Part shown: in pieces, positions 36,559 through 51,130 of the stretch | How the letters are laid out: each line of letters begins with the position of its first letter | How positions within the stretch are numbered: position 1 is the first letter of the stretch | Assembly (NCBI RefSeq): GCF_009914755.1 | Contig: NC_060946.1 | Direction: 5' to 3' (one strand) | DNA: 64,000 nucleotides | DNA from: the human T2T-CHM13v2.0 reference genome, Homo sapiens | The notes under the pieces: model-generated | Told to the model about the DNA's origin: nothing | Seen by the model: only the letters and a program-made list of their open reading frames with translations | Database searches by the model: none | Position numbers and translations under genes: made by a program

Positions 36559-38210
36559 GTTGATCTCTAACCTGGATTATCACAAGCTTGAATTCACACA
36601 TCCAAGATCCTGGTACTTTCAAAACAGCAAAGGCACTGCAGGCTGTCTTCAGAGTATTCCAAAGTGTGGTAGAGACAGGGAACAGAGCAAGGAGAGCACA
36701 TTTTCTGCCCTGAAGGTGCTGTCTGGGTTGTGAGGTGAGGTAGGACTATTTAAAAAGTGGAACTGAGAGCCCCAGGAAAGCAGGCAGCACTGCATCTTGT
36801 TTGCTGCTGAATTCTCAGCCTCAGCCTGGTGCCTGGCATCAAGTGAGCACTGAAATACTGAGGGAACTGATGCGGCGGAAGGGAAACTTGCAGCCACGGT
36901 GCCCAGTTCTTCTGGTGTAGATGAGGGTGACTACCAAGTAAGCCAGAAAACCAGAGAAGGTGTGGGTGTGTGTCTGGGGAGGCTTGCTGCCGAGAGAAGG
37001 AAGAAGTGGGGGTAGCCATCTCCCTTCCCCCAAACTCACACCCAGCACTTACTTTCCCATCTTAGGCCCTGGGACTTACTCTTCTCTTGGCCTGGTCACT
37101 CATCTCCCAGATGGCTTTCTTTATGGAGGAGTCTGGATGTCCCTGTCTCACAGATGCCCGCTACGGACGCCTCATGGAAGGCAGCCCCCTCTTCCCATCT
37201 CTTCCCTCTTAGACACTCTGGCCCCTTTCCAGCTTTTTGTCTTCATGGCATTGCCTGGCGTTGTGTGTGTGTGTTTTCTGTCTCCCATCTAGAATGTCAG
37301 CTCCCTGAGGGCAGGGACCATCCTTCTTTTGCCCAGTCTTATATCCTGATTGTGTCACAGGTCAGTGCGTGGCATATCATAGACACTCAGCATGTTTATT
37401 AGATGATGTAGTTCGTTGTTTTGAGGCTGTTCTTTAAACGCATCTCCCCCGGGAGGGTAGAAAGTGTTGCTCACTCTTTAATGATGCATTTTGGTAGCAT
37501 TTACTTGGAGGCCCTACTGTGTTTCTGGTGTTTGTGCCACGGACATAGGGCAGGGAGAAAAGGAAGGTTCATTCCCCTTCCCTTGTGCTCAGAGGCTTCA
37601 GCTGTGGCAAACGCACACACACTCGACTCGCCGTTCTCTAGTGTGGTGGGTGCTCTGGTGCAGCAGGCCAGCCCCCCGATAGCAAGGTTGACAGCTGAGG
37701 AGAGAGGCGGGCCTCCTGACTGAAACTGAGAATGAGAGGTTTTGGAAGTTTTGCATTTAGGTGCTTGTGTTCACCAGTCGCAATTTGATTCCTTATTCAA
37801 TTACCAGAAAATATGTGCTGGTTAATTTAAAAAATGCATTCCCTGTAAGGAGATCCCCCCGCCCCCAACCACCGAATCCTGCTTCTGGTCTCATCCCTGC
37901 CACCTTCTCCCTTACACCCTGTACTGCATTCTGGTTGCCATTCCTCAGATACACCAATCTCACTGATTGACATTTGCCACTCCCTCTGTCTGGAATGTTC
38001 ACCCCCAGATACCCACATGGCCCCATCCCTCACCTCAGTGAGTCTCCATTCTCATGCAACTGTATCAGAGGCCTTTTCTAACTATTATATGGAAGGTGTT
38101 GCCCTCTCCCCACCTCTCTCCTTCTCTGTCAGGTGAACTGTCTTCTCCTGAGCACTGTTGTTGCCTGAACTGTGTATTTTATACATGCATCTTGTTGTAT
38201 ATCTTGTTCA

Positions 38211-38607
<397 letters not shown>

Positions 38608-39204
38608 GTGCCTGGCTCATATTAGACAATAAATGTTTGTTAAAGGAATGAGTCAGTTCCTAGACATCCTAGTAGAAGAGAGCCAAGTCAGTCTGTGCCT
38701 TCCGGTCTGTGCCTGTTACCACCCTGGTAAAAGCAGCCATGCCGCAGAAAGTCACTTCAGGTGCTCTGATGCTGCCAGTACCGGTGTCATCTGCCTTGAG
38801 ACCTTGAGGGCCAAACAAGAGACGGGGCAATAGTTGTGGGGTCTGCAGAAGAAGGCAAGTTTCTCTAGAGTTGGAGTTACTGGGGATGGTGCTGTTGAAG
38901 CAAGTGGATATTGAGCTAGGACTTGCCACTAGGGTAAGGTGTGATGGGCATTAAAGAGGATGGTTTTTGTCAGGCGTGCAGAATGAGGAAAATGTAAAAG
39001 CTAGAACTGTACTATGAATGGCTTTGAATGCCAATTACAGATGCTTCAAGCTCTTAGCTTTCCCTTTGCATGGTCTCGGACCATTGGAGGGTTCAGTTCT
39101 GGGATGTAGCCGGTTCCTAGGGATCTCAGCATCGTTGCTTTTTGGTGTTCTGAACTTGCATGCGGGGCAGTCTTGTTATGCCTCAGCTTAAGTGAATATT
39201 GTGA

Positions 39205-39520
<316 letters not shown>

Positions 39521-40204
39521 GAATATTGGGTATTTTCTATTCAGGTACAAGTCACTTCTACTTTTCTCTACTATTATTGTAAAAAATTAAGAAGAAAACA
39601 CTGTTGTATTCGCTCTTCACCTGAGAGGTTCTCAAGAGTAGTTTGGCTTTTTACCATTCAGGATTTATTCTAGATTATGGTGTTTGCACTTGCTTTATCT
39701 TTTGCCTGCCTGCACAGTACCTCCCACACATTCGTCCCCTGCAGAGGCAATATTAAACCCCCAGCTCCCCTAGACAATGCTTCGTAACCTTTTCAGGTCA
39801 AGACACACAGAGAAAAGATTAGTACAGCACACTGGGGTAAGTAGATGAGGTTGGACTGGGCTAGCAGCAGTCCCAGGCTGGGCTGTAAGGAGTTTGAGGG
39901 GCTTTGTATTCCATATGTACCTGGAAGCTGGGTGCACCTATAAACTATTCTTGGCACAAAGTTAGGGAATTGGAGGTGCCCATAGTATTGCTTTGGAAGC
40001 CATAGTAGAGACTCAGTAAATACTTAACTGAATTTGTTGAATGAATTAAATAATTTGAAAGTGATGAGTTTTACATCTGGCTGTATATTTAGAGATGAGA
40101 GAAAATATGAATGATTTCTCTTGCCCTTCATACTTAGAAGCAATTGATGATCAAGTAGGACCCACCTAGTCACCTGGCATTTGCGTTTGTTGCTGTATGG
40201 GAGG

Positions 40205-40318
40205 GTTTTTTATTGTTGTTGTTTGTTTTGGAGACAGGGTCTCACTCTGTTGCCCACACTGGAGTGCAGTGGCATGATTATGACTCACTGCAGCCTCAGC
40301 TTCCTGGGCTCAGGTGAT
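40205..40318 (-). mobile_element. Partial AluJ right arm, antisense
   Basis: gagacagggtctcactctg...cctgggctcaggtgat. Confidence 0.8.
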
Positions 40319-41566
40319 GGGAGGTTTGATTTTTGAGACATAAATCAGGTAATAATGTTTTCAAGTGTAGGTATAAACAAGAATTTAGAGCAGTTTCTCA
40401 ACCCTAGCTACATGTTAGAACCACTTGGAGGGACTTCTGAAAATCCCTGGAGATTTCTATGTAATTGACCTGGGGTACTGCCTGAGCAATAGTTTTGTGT
40501 TTGTTGTTTATATTTTCTTTTGTTTTTGGAAACAATCTCGAACTTACAGAGTTTGAATCTGTATGATTTTAAAAAGCCTCTTTTTCCCCTGAGTCATTTG
40601 AGAATTAACTGCTGATCCAATGCTGTCACCTGTAGCCCTTTCACCAATACTATAGTCTGTTTCTAACAAAAAGAACATTCTGGTGTAAAACCACAATATA
40701 ACCATCAAAGGGAAAAAATTAACACACCGATTCATGACCACCACTTACTCTTCAGCTCCATTCAAGGTGTGAGATTTGCCGCACATTGCATTTGGTTGTT
40801 AGGTCTTTGCAGTCTCCTTTCATTTGGAACAATTCCTCAATCTTTCCTTGACTGTCACAGCCTTAAAACTTTTGAAGATTGCAGGCCAGTATATTTTGTA
40901 GAATGCCTCTGAATGTGGAGTTGTCTGATGGTTCCTTTGATGGTATTCAGGTTAAACACATTTAAAAGGACTCATAGAATCAATGCTGTGTTCTTCTTAC
41001 AGCATCCTGTCATGTAACTCACAGTTTGAATTTGTCCCATAGCTGATGATGTTCACATGGATTACTTGATTAAGGTGGTATCTTGACAGGCTTCTCCTTG
41101 ACGTAATTACTCTTCTCAACCCTTTATGACAAGTATTTTATGGGGAGGTGTTTTGAAACTATGTGACTATTCCATTCCTCATTTCAATTTATTCATTTGC
41201 TTATTTCTCTCTGTATGAACTTGTGTTTTCCTATTTTATACAATGGCTTATAGTCTCTTACTATAATTACTTATTTTGATGTTGATGTTGTTCCAGATTT
41301 AGCTTGTAGGAGCACTTCAAACTGTCGTCTGTGGTCATTTGACGGATCCCATCATTCTTTGAGCACTCTTTTGCTTCTTGGCAAATGTACATTCCAGGTT
41401 CATCTTGTACTTTCCTTATGCTACCCCCAGAATTAGCTCTTGTTCCAGAGAACTCTGGTTTTATTTAGTGAAGAATAGAAGCCACAAAACTGGGTGCTAA
41501 GTGTGTTCATTGTTATTTGGATATTGCTTGTTCTCCAGCCCTCAGAGTGACAGAGCTAAGGGAATA

Positions 41567-41569
<3 letters not shown>

Positions 41570-41603
<34 letters not shown>

Positions 41604-41622
41604 ATGCGCACGTGCGTGTGTG
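41570..41622. repeat. (TG)16 microsatellite extended into a 53-bp alternating purine-pyrimidine tract
   Basis: Read directly. Confidence 0.92.
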
Positions 41623-41814
41623 AAGGAATATATACTCACATATGTACACAAACTTACAGCTAATATTTATTGTGTCTATATATATTGGAAACCATGAGTT
41701 CACGTCAATAACTAATTTAGATCCAACCCCACAGAGTTCATTTGAGTTTTCTCCATTTTCTTCCATTTGTGTAACTTATTTTCTCAACAGTGAGAAACAT
41801 GGCTGTCATTATTC

Positions 41815-42131
<317 letters not shown>

Positions 42132-42253
42132 TAATATACTTAAATAGTCCATCAGTCTCCTGTATGTAACCCATCTCCATCACCACCCCCATGGACGCCT
42201 TCTCCACATAGATGTCCATTGCTCTTTGCTTGGGCTCTCACTCAGAACAGGGA

Positions 42254-42560
42254 TTTATTTTATTTTATTTTACTTTTTGGAGACAGAGTCTCGCTCTGTC
42301 ACCCAGGCTGGAGTGCAGTGGCGTAATCTTGGCTAACTGCAACTTCTGCCTCTGGGTTCAAGCAATTCTCCTGCCTCAGCCTCTCGAGTAGCTGAGACTA
42401 CAGGCGTGTGCCACCACGCCCAGCTAATTTTTTTGTATTTTTAGTAGAGATGGGGTTTCACTGTGTTAGCCAGGATGGTCTAGATCTCCTGCCCTCGCAA
42501 TCCACCCGTCTCGGCCTCCCAAAGTGCTGGGATTACAGGCGTGAGCCACCGCAACCGGCC
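42254..42560 (-). mobile_element. AluSc/Y-like, antisense
   Basis: Alu consensus. Confidence 0.9.
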
Positions 42561-42965
42561 TGGATTTTTTTAAAGCTCCCCAAATGGTGCTAATGTGCAG
42601 CCTAGATAGAGAACAGTACTGAATTAGAAAAAAGGTGAGACTCACACTATTTGATTTATTGTTATAAATTTTTGATTTAAAAATGGCAGGTTTTTAAGCC
42701 AGATTTGGCAAAGTAGATTCTTCCTAAGGAAGTGAAATTTAAAAAGAAGACTAACTCCTACCAAAACAAAACAAAACAAAAAACAGGGTGAAAGTATAGC
42801 TTGTCACCTGCAAAGCTTTGAAATATATCTGTTTTAGAAATGAATTTACTTCTATTGAGCATGAATTTCAATCTATTTCCCTTAATTGCCTGTTTATAGG
42901 GACAATATTTGAAAAGGTTTGTTTTTGAAGAACGTGTTTGATTAAAACTTACCCCTTTTTTTACA

Positions 42966-43276
42966 TTTTATTTTATTAATTTATTATTCATTCATTTATT
43001 TATTTTGCTCTTGTTGCCCAGGCTGGAGTACAATGGTGTGATCTTGGTTGACTACAACCTCCGCCTCCCAGGTTCAAGCGATTTTCCCGCCTCTGCCTCC
43101 CAAGTAGCTGGGATTACAGGTGCATGCCACCACGCCCAGCTAATTTGTGTGTTTTTAGTAGAGATGGGGTTTCACCATGTCGGCCAGGCCAGTCTCGAGC
43201 TCCTGACCTCAGGTGATCCACCCACCTTGGCCTCCCAAAGTGCTGGGATTACAGGTGTGAGTCACTGCGCCCAGCT
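42966..43276 (-). mobile_element. AluSq-like, antisense
   Basis: Alu consensus lacking the terminal gagacggag. Confidence 0.88.
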
Positions 43277-44459
43277 AACATTGCATTTTTTAAAGTAAAC
43301 TTTTAATTTTAGAATAATTTTAGATTTAGAAAAAAATGACAACCTAATACCTTTTTTTTTTTTGTAAACACCAAATCTTTAAACAGGAAATACTCAGGCT
43401 GTGGTTGCTACTTTCCTGTAGTTGGTTTCACTGTAAAATGTGGAAGCCAAGTTACAGCAACATGGGCATGAGGAACCCCATCCACTCCTTCCACTTGCAG
43501 CCAGAGGAAGCAAAAGGCTTTAAGAGCCAAATATAACAGGATCTGTGGCCAGCCTGCCTGAGATGATCAACATCCATCTTACCAGTGTTTGTAAATCCAT
43601 TTTCTTAAAGGAGGGCACTGCTGCTGCAGGTGGATTTTCTCCGCGTGTTTCACACCTAGACAGAGGCACACAATCTGACTCCAAAGAAATCCAGCATAAG
43701 ACCTAAGGAAATTTCAGTAAAATCTCCTCCTTGGTTGTGTGGATTTTGCATATTAGGCTTTTATATCTTTATACCCAGAGGTGCAGAAGGAGAAAGGCTA
43801 ATATTTGAATGCAGACAAAGTCAGTGACAACATGTAGGTAAAAAAGTTTTTTAAGTCTTTTTTTTTTTTTCTATAAATAAGACATTATGTATTCACGAGA
43901 GCCTACCTCAGTTTTCATCCATGGTTCCTTTTGTATAGTTTCAGTATGTTAAACTAGATCTCCGCTTCCCAAACTTGAGTCCTTCGGGAACCATCTTTAT
44001 GATTTTGCCATGTTTGCAAACCTGTTATTCACTTAAGCTTTAATTTGACTCACTTGTAACTCAGCCTTATGCTAGGTGATATCTGTGAAACCATGGATTT
44101 GTTATCTGTTCGGTATTCTGAGGCCCTGGGAACTAGATCTTTAAGTCTCCTTCCAGCGATGAAATTCCATAAGCATAGAGTCTGGGGTTTCCCACTGTGA
44201 GCTTTGAAGTTACTGCAGTTGGTTGAGTGTATGTTTTTTCCCAGTTGATACATAGAGTGAAAGTTGACAGCATTCCAATAAATGTTACTTTTCAAATGTG
44301 TGCTGTAAATTAGAGTCTCTTAATTTCTTCAGATTCAGCACATTTCTCCAACTAGAATGTTTATGATTGTATACCATTTTTATTCTAATTCAGTGGAGCA
44401 AAACCTGGTTGTCTTAATTCATGTGTACGGGAAGATACAGTAGTGAATTCACCCAATAG

Positions 44460-44792
<333 letters not shown>

Positions 44793-45103
44793 TGATTTAT
44801 AGGACACTCAGTGCCTGCCTTAAAAATAGAAAATAGAAATAGAAATAGAAAATATATAAAACAAATAGAAAATATATAAAACATATAGTATTAATACATA
44901 TAGAGAAAAAATTTAGAATACAGAACATAGAGCTTTATGTTCACCACTCTGAAGATGAAATGGGAAAACACCTAATTTATGATAAATACATATGTACCAT
45001 AATTGAGTTAATATATTCTGCATTATCTGTGAGGAATACTGCCCAGAAGCCATCTGGATATTGTCGTATTCAAATCAGGTCCTTTGCTGAGTGGAAATTA
45101 ATC

Positions 45104-45131
45104 GTGTGTGTGTGTGTGTGTTTGTGTGTGT
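45104..45131. repeat. Interrupted (TG)n microsatellite
   Basis: Read directly. Confidence 0.85.
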
Positions 45132-45404
45132 ATTCTTTTAGGTAGATATTATAAAAGCTTACCTTAATAGGCTTCTTTGAAACGAAACTTAATGTCATGT
45201 TTTACAAAAGAGGTGACAAACCAAGATGTGGGAATAATTAAATGTGAGTTTTATGGATCCTTTTGATTTAAATGAAATACTGTGTTCTATTCAGTCACAG
45301 AGATGAAATGTCGTCTTGCCCACCACTTACAAGCATTCAATTTGCTGCGGAAATGGATTGTGAATGTAGATGTATAACCTTCTGTTATGATGTTACTTTA
45401 ATAG

Positions 45405-45492
45405 AGAGAAGGAGCAAGAAAGGGAAGAACAGTTAATGGAAGACAAGAAAAGGAAGAAAGAGGATAAAAAGAAAAAAGAAGCCACTCAGAAG
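45405..45492 (+). CDS. TNRC6B: TNRC6B coding exon (88 nt, phase 2 to 0): (R/Q)[29 protein letters not shown]
   Basis: ttactttaatag acceptor, AAG|gtaggt donor; translation matches the Lys/Glu-rich TNRC6B N-terminus. Confidence 0.95.
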
Positions 45493-45581
45493 GTAGGTTT
45501 AATCAGTTAAGTCTGTCTTTTTATCTGCTAGGCATCCAGCATCCAGAACAAGAAACTGTCTTGGCTTGAATATCCGATATC

Positions 45582-45876
<295 letters not shown>

Positions 45877-47177
45877 TGAATACCTGATATCCCAATAATG
45901 GTACTTGAGACATTTGTTTACTTAAAAGTTTTTATATTTGGAAGTGGGAGAAAGTTCAAGGTCTGCATTTGTTACCATAAAGTAGATGTTAAATAATGCT
46001 ATGGCTGAGTTTTTGAAAACAACAGTAAACAGTATTACAAAGGCAAGAGAGTTTTCAAACTCTCAACTCTTGTCGTATTTCCTTATTTGTATATTAATTT
46101 AATCTATATTTTCTTAAGCAAGCCTATAGAATAGCTTTTAAAAACTGGCTGGAGGTTTGCCCCGGTGTTCTTTTGTTCCACCCACGGTGCTGTTGTCTAG
46201 ATGAGTCTACCTTGGGAGAATTACAAGTAGAAACCCCTCTCGGAAAGGATCTAGTGAGCCCACGTAGTGCTTTGGAGGATATGGCATTGTGTGGCTTTGA
46301 GGAATTGCTTAGAGAAAACAAGAGATGCTAAAAGAAAAAAGGCAAAGGGCCAACGGCTGTCACCTGTCAGGTCTCAGGTGAGCGGTTTGTCCGGCAGAGT
46401 TGTCCAAGGCAGAGTGGTTAGAATGTACCTTACCTCCCTGTTTGCCTCAGAGCATGCCCCTCTGCCCTGTCTGTTGTCTGATCTTACCTGTTTCCCCACC
46501 TTACCATTCTTTTTGCATCTCTTAACTTGGGCTCTGGCTCAGCAGGGTTGCTTTGGTACCTTTTTTGGAGGTAAGGTGATTTTCTGTCAGGTATTGTTAC
46601 TGCTATGTAAAGCATTTGGGAAGCAGGGCCTACTGTGGGAAAGGTTCGAGGGTCCCTGCCCTGGTGCTAGTTAATTGAAGCTAAGTTTAGGGAGAAAGAA
46701 ACTGTGATAAGGTTCAGAGGAAACTCTAGATTTAGAAGACAGTCAAGGCAGTCACACACAAGCCAGTGTAACACTGCACGTTTTTCCAGCATTATTGGAT
46801 ATAGCGTTTCTCATAACTCAATTTTTTGAATTATTGAAATAATAATTTGTGAGTATCAGCATAAGAAAAATTCTGAAAATAGTTTCTGAATTGGATTGCA
46901 TATGTCCCTGCTATGTTAAATATATGAAATGTAATTTTATCTTTTCTTCATGACTTAATTAAAAGGAACATTCATTATTATTTGGTGCTATAATAGACCG
47001 CTGTGCTCTTTAAGATTTTGTCTGCTTTTAATTGTGTTTGTCTCTATTAATAGTGGTATATTCTCCATCACATCTTCATGCAGTCAGGGTACCTGCTTCT
47101 AATGTGTTGCTTCTCACCTGAGTTTGTTAGAATTGCCTAAAATTCTGGAGTGAAAAGTCTAAATAAATAAGCCAGAT

Positions 47178-47482
47178 TGCCTGGTGTGGTGGCTCATGCC
47201 TGTAATCCCAACACTTTGGGAGGCCAAGGCAGGAGGGATCACTTGAGTCCAGGAGTTCGAGACCAGCCTTGCCAACATGAAAACCCCGTCTCTACCAACA
47301 AAAATACAAAAAAAATTAGCCGAGTGTGGTGGTGCACACCTGTGGTCCCAGCTACTTTGGAAGCTGAGGTAGCAGGATCACTTGAGCCCAGGAGGGGGAG
47401 GTTGCATTGAGTGGAGATTGCACCACTGCACCCCAGCCTGGGTGACAGAGTGAGATCTTGTGTCTAGAAAAAAAAAAAAAAA
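47178..47482 (+). mobile_element. AluJ-like
   Basis: Alu consensus with A tail. Confidence 0.88.
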
Positions 47483-50400
47483 CCATAGAAGTCAGATAAC
47501 CCAGAGATGTTTTTGTACTTTCCTTTGCGTCCGTGGCCACATGCCCTGTCACTGAGGTTGCAGTATGCAGGTCCACCAGCTGTGGGTGTTTGTAGCATTG
47601 CCCCTGTGGTTTCTGGGTTCTTGTCGCCGTGCCTCGCACACATTGCACCCTCCACCTCCAACTGGAGGGATGTGAGATTAAACCTCAGTGAAAGTTTTCT
47701 TTCCTTAGGACACTCACACATTTCCTCTACTAAGTTGATACAAAAATCGGATTTTGCAGTCTATGGAGATGAGTGATTAATAGGCTGGGTACCAAGGTAC
47801 TTGAGCAAAGGCTGTTAACAAGAGGATGCCAAACAGAGTGATTTAGAGAGTATATATTCCTCTTCATTTTTAACATACATAACAGTGTTTTCTTAAACTA
47901 CAAATATCAATACCTAAAATGATTAATAAAATATGCCTCTGTAATATGCCTTTGATTGGATTCCACAAAGAAAAATGATTTAAAATAAAGATGGTGTGAA
48001 TGTACTTGAGAGTGAATGAGATTATTTATGCAGAGAATGTAGTTTATGTAGCTGGACAGTCTCTCCTATGTGCCTTCATCTGCATTAAGAACTGATGAAG
48101 AAGTGATAGCAAAGGGGAAAATTACCGTAAATAAAATTTTTAAGTGATTAATTTTATGAACAATAAAAATTCTATCGTTTTTGCTCAAAAATGTTCCAGA
48201 TCAGCTTGACATAGAATCTAGGCTGACGCAGGCTGATGCGTGGCCTTTGATCTTGTTTTATTATACTGAACCATTGCATAATTTCAGAATTAAATTCTGA
48301 TTTAGCAGTTTTAAGGAGAGCACAAAGCTTACCATGTGATTATCTTCGTGGTTTCCAACCTTATTGTAGAGACATCACCTCAGCTAGGAGCCATAAAATG
48401 TGCTATGATGCAAAGAATCGTGGAGAACGTGCCAGAGATCTATCATGTGGTCAGTGGTTCATTCATTCGGTCCGCAAACATTTGTGGTGCCTCTTCTAAG
48501 GGCTTCCACATCTCTCATGCTGCTTTCCCCAGTGCTTTTTGACCACCTCTTTGTGTCCATCTTCACTGTTAGACTGACTGTAAGTTTCTTGGTTTTATTC
48601 GTATTTGTATGGCCAGTAACTAGGGCAGTGCCTGGTGCAGGATAATCACTCAGAAATTGTTTAATAAGTGAATGGTCAAGAATGAAGGTGGAAACATAAT
48701 TTTCTTGAAGAATTGACACTTACTTAAAGCTAAAACTAAATTACCTCCACACAGAAATTAAGCATGAGCCTTTTCCAGTGTTCATTGGTTGTAGCAGTTG
48801 GCTCTTCCTGGAGCCATCACTGAGTAAACTGGTAGATACCCATTCATGAGAGAGGTGTCAAAGAAGGGTTCCATTCACATTCATTTAGGCTGATGCTGCT
48901 AAAGGAGCATTGTTTAGCGTTGGCAGAACACATGCTTTGATCATCCAGCTTCTCGCCGTCTGGGGGACAGCTTTTAACAGAACCCACATGATAAAACATA
49001 TTTGACATTATTTGGGCTTGTTGCTTACAATGGGAAGGCACTGACTTCCTGTATAACTGATCTTCAAAATGGCATTCTAAGAAATAGTTACAATGATATA
49101 AAACCTAAATTGCCTTCGGGAATTGGTATGTGGCTGCATTGTCATTCATTCTTGGATAAGTAAAGATGTAGAAAAATTACACAAGAATATTTTCAGTAGA
49201 ATTGAGCTCTGTAACAGTACTGGGAAACATTCATTTTTAAGATGCTGGATTCCACAAATTCACTGTAATAGAATTAGCTTGTCATTTAACACAGGAATGT
49301 AGGAAACACACCAGGAAGTTCTACAGGCGGATCCTTTAACTCTTATTTAGAGTCTGATGGTGTGCTGGGATCCATTGCGAGGTGGGCTGGTCAGCTACAG
49401 GACCTTCCTTCCAGGGATGATTGTGTTTTTGTGAACCCCCATGGCCGTAATCCAGTACGATTACCAGCCACAAATCATCAGACTTCTTCTTTGCTATATG
49501 AATATTTTTATTACAAAAGTCAGATAACCAAGTAAAAATGCTTTAAAAGATTAACAGTTGGGAAAATGGGTCAGAATCACCCACAATCTCAAAAATTTAG
49601 TGTAACCACTATTGGAACAATGGCTTAGTTCCTTTTGGATGTTTTGCTTGTGCATCACCTTTGTGGTTTTATTGTTATAAATTAGATGCCCTCCTTTATT
49701 TTCCCCTCTTAAAAATATCAGAAGCAGTTTTCTGTAAGGCTCCTAATCATCATTTCCAAACTCTCTGAAGTCCATTACTATGTTCAGCCTGTCCAGCCTT
49801 CTAGGTTAATCATTTCCATAGACGTATTAGTTACTATATAAAGAAATACTTTCTTTTTTTTTTAACAAAGCACCCTTGATTTGTCCAAAATTTACATATT
49901 TCAATCTTACTGCTGTACTTCATGCTATTTTATATAAGTGTTGATAATAACAGCAAACATTTATTGAGCACTGCATAGCATATCTGATTTAATCCTTACA
50001 GCAGTCCTTTGCAGGGTTTATACTATTATTATCTCCATTCAATAGATAATAGAAAACTGGGGGTCTCATAGCCAGAAAGTGACAAGGTTTGGTTTTGAAT
50101 CCTGCTTTCCGACCATGACGTCTGATGCCTCTGATGATGAGTCCCTGAGGTTTTGCTTTTAGATTTCAGATCAAGTGTTTGTGTCTATACTCATAGGGGA
50201 ATCTTTTTGTGTCTATGGCTAATTTAGTTTCTGGGCCACATTCATGTGATTTTTCTCTAGTCATAGCATTCAAAATGCAAGTAGCATTCTCAGTGGGACC
50301 TCATCGTATAATGAGTGGAATGCTTTTTTTTTTTTTTTTTAAGTTTTACTATTCTTCCTAATGGTGGTCATGTAAATTATAGCTGGACATATGGCCACAG

Positions 50401-50567
50401 TCTCTGGAAGGATGTCTGAACTGACTCCCAGCTCCTTTTTCTGGATTTCAGCTATGCCTGTGTGCCTGACAGCTTGGATTACTTGAGTTATCAGACTAAA
50501 GTAGTCTGAAAATACAGTACTGAATTAAAAAGCAAATCTCATTTACTTTTATCTGTTTATTTTGCAG

Positions 50568-50589
50568 GTCACGGAACAAAAAACCAAAG
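50568..50589 (+). CDS. TNRC6B: TNRC6B coding microexon (22 nt, phase 0 to 1): VTEQKTK(V)
   Basis: Long pyrimidine tract ending tttgcag, AAG|gtaaga donor; bridges the frames of the flanking exons exactly. Confidence 0.93.
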
Positions 50590-50834
50590 GTAAGATCTTT
50601 TTTTTCTTTTTAAATTATTTAGAACCTTTTGTGTTTAGCTTTTACACTGTTGCTGACTCAGCCTCCAATCCACTGAAAAGAGAGTGGGCGTAGAGTAATT
50701 AAGGTGGGTTGTTTGCAGTCACTGAGGAGCAGTAATGACAAATTGAAAATACTTGTATTGGTGTTTCTAGTTGGCCTTAAATTTTTTAGGAGTCAAAAGA
50801 GTAAATACCTTGTTTTAAAAAGTATATGGGTCAT

Positions 50835-51130
<296 letters not shown>

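Noticed and set aside
49351-49485. Possible C/D snoRNA or pre-miRNA
   Set aside because: No correctly placed terminal C and D boxes; stem too bulged and loop too large for a canonical pre-miRNA. Kept only as a structured element
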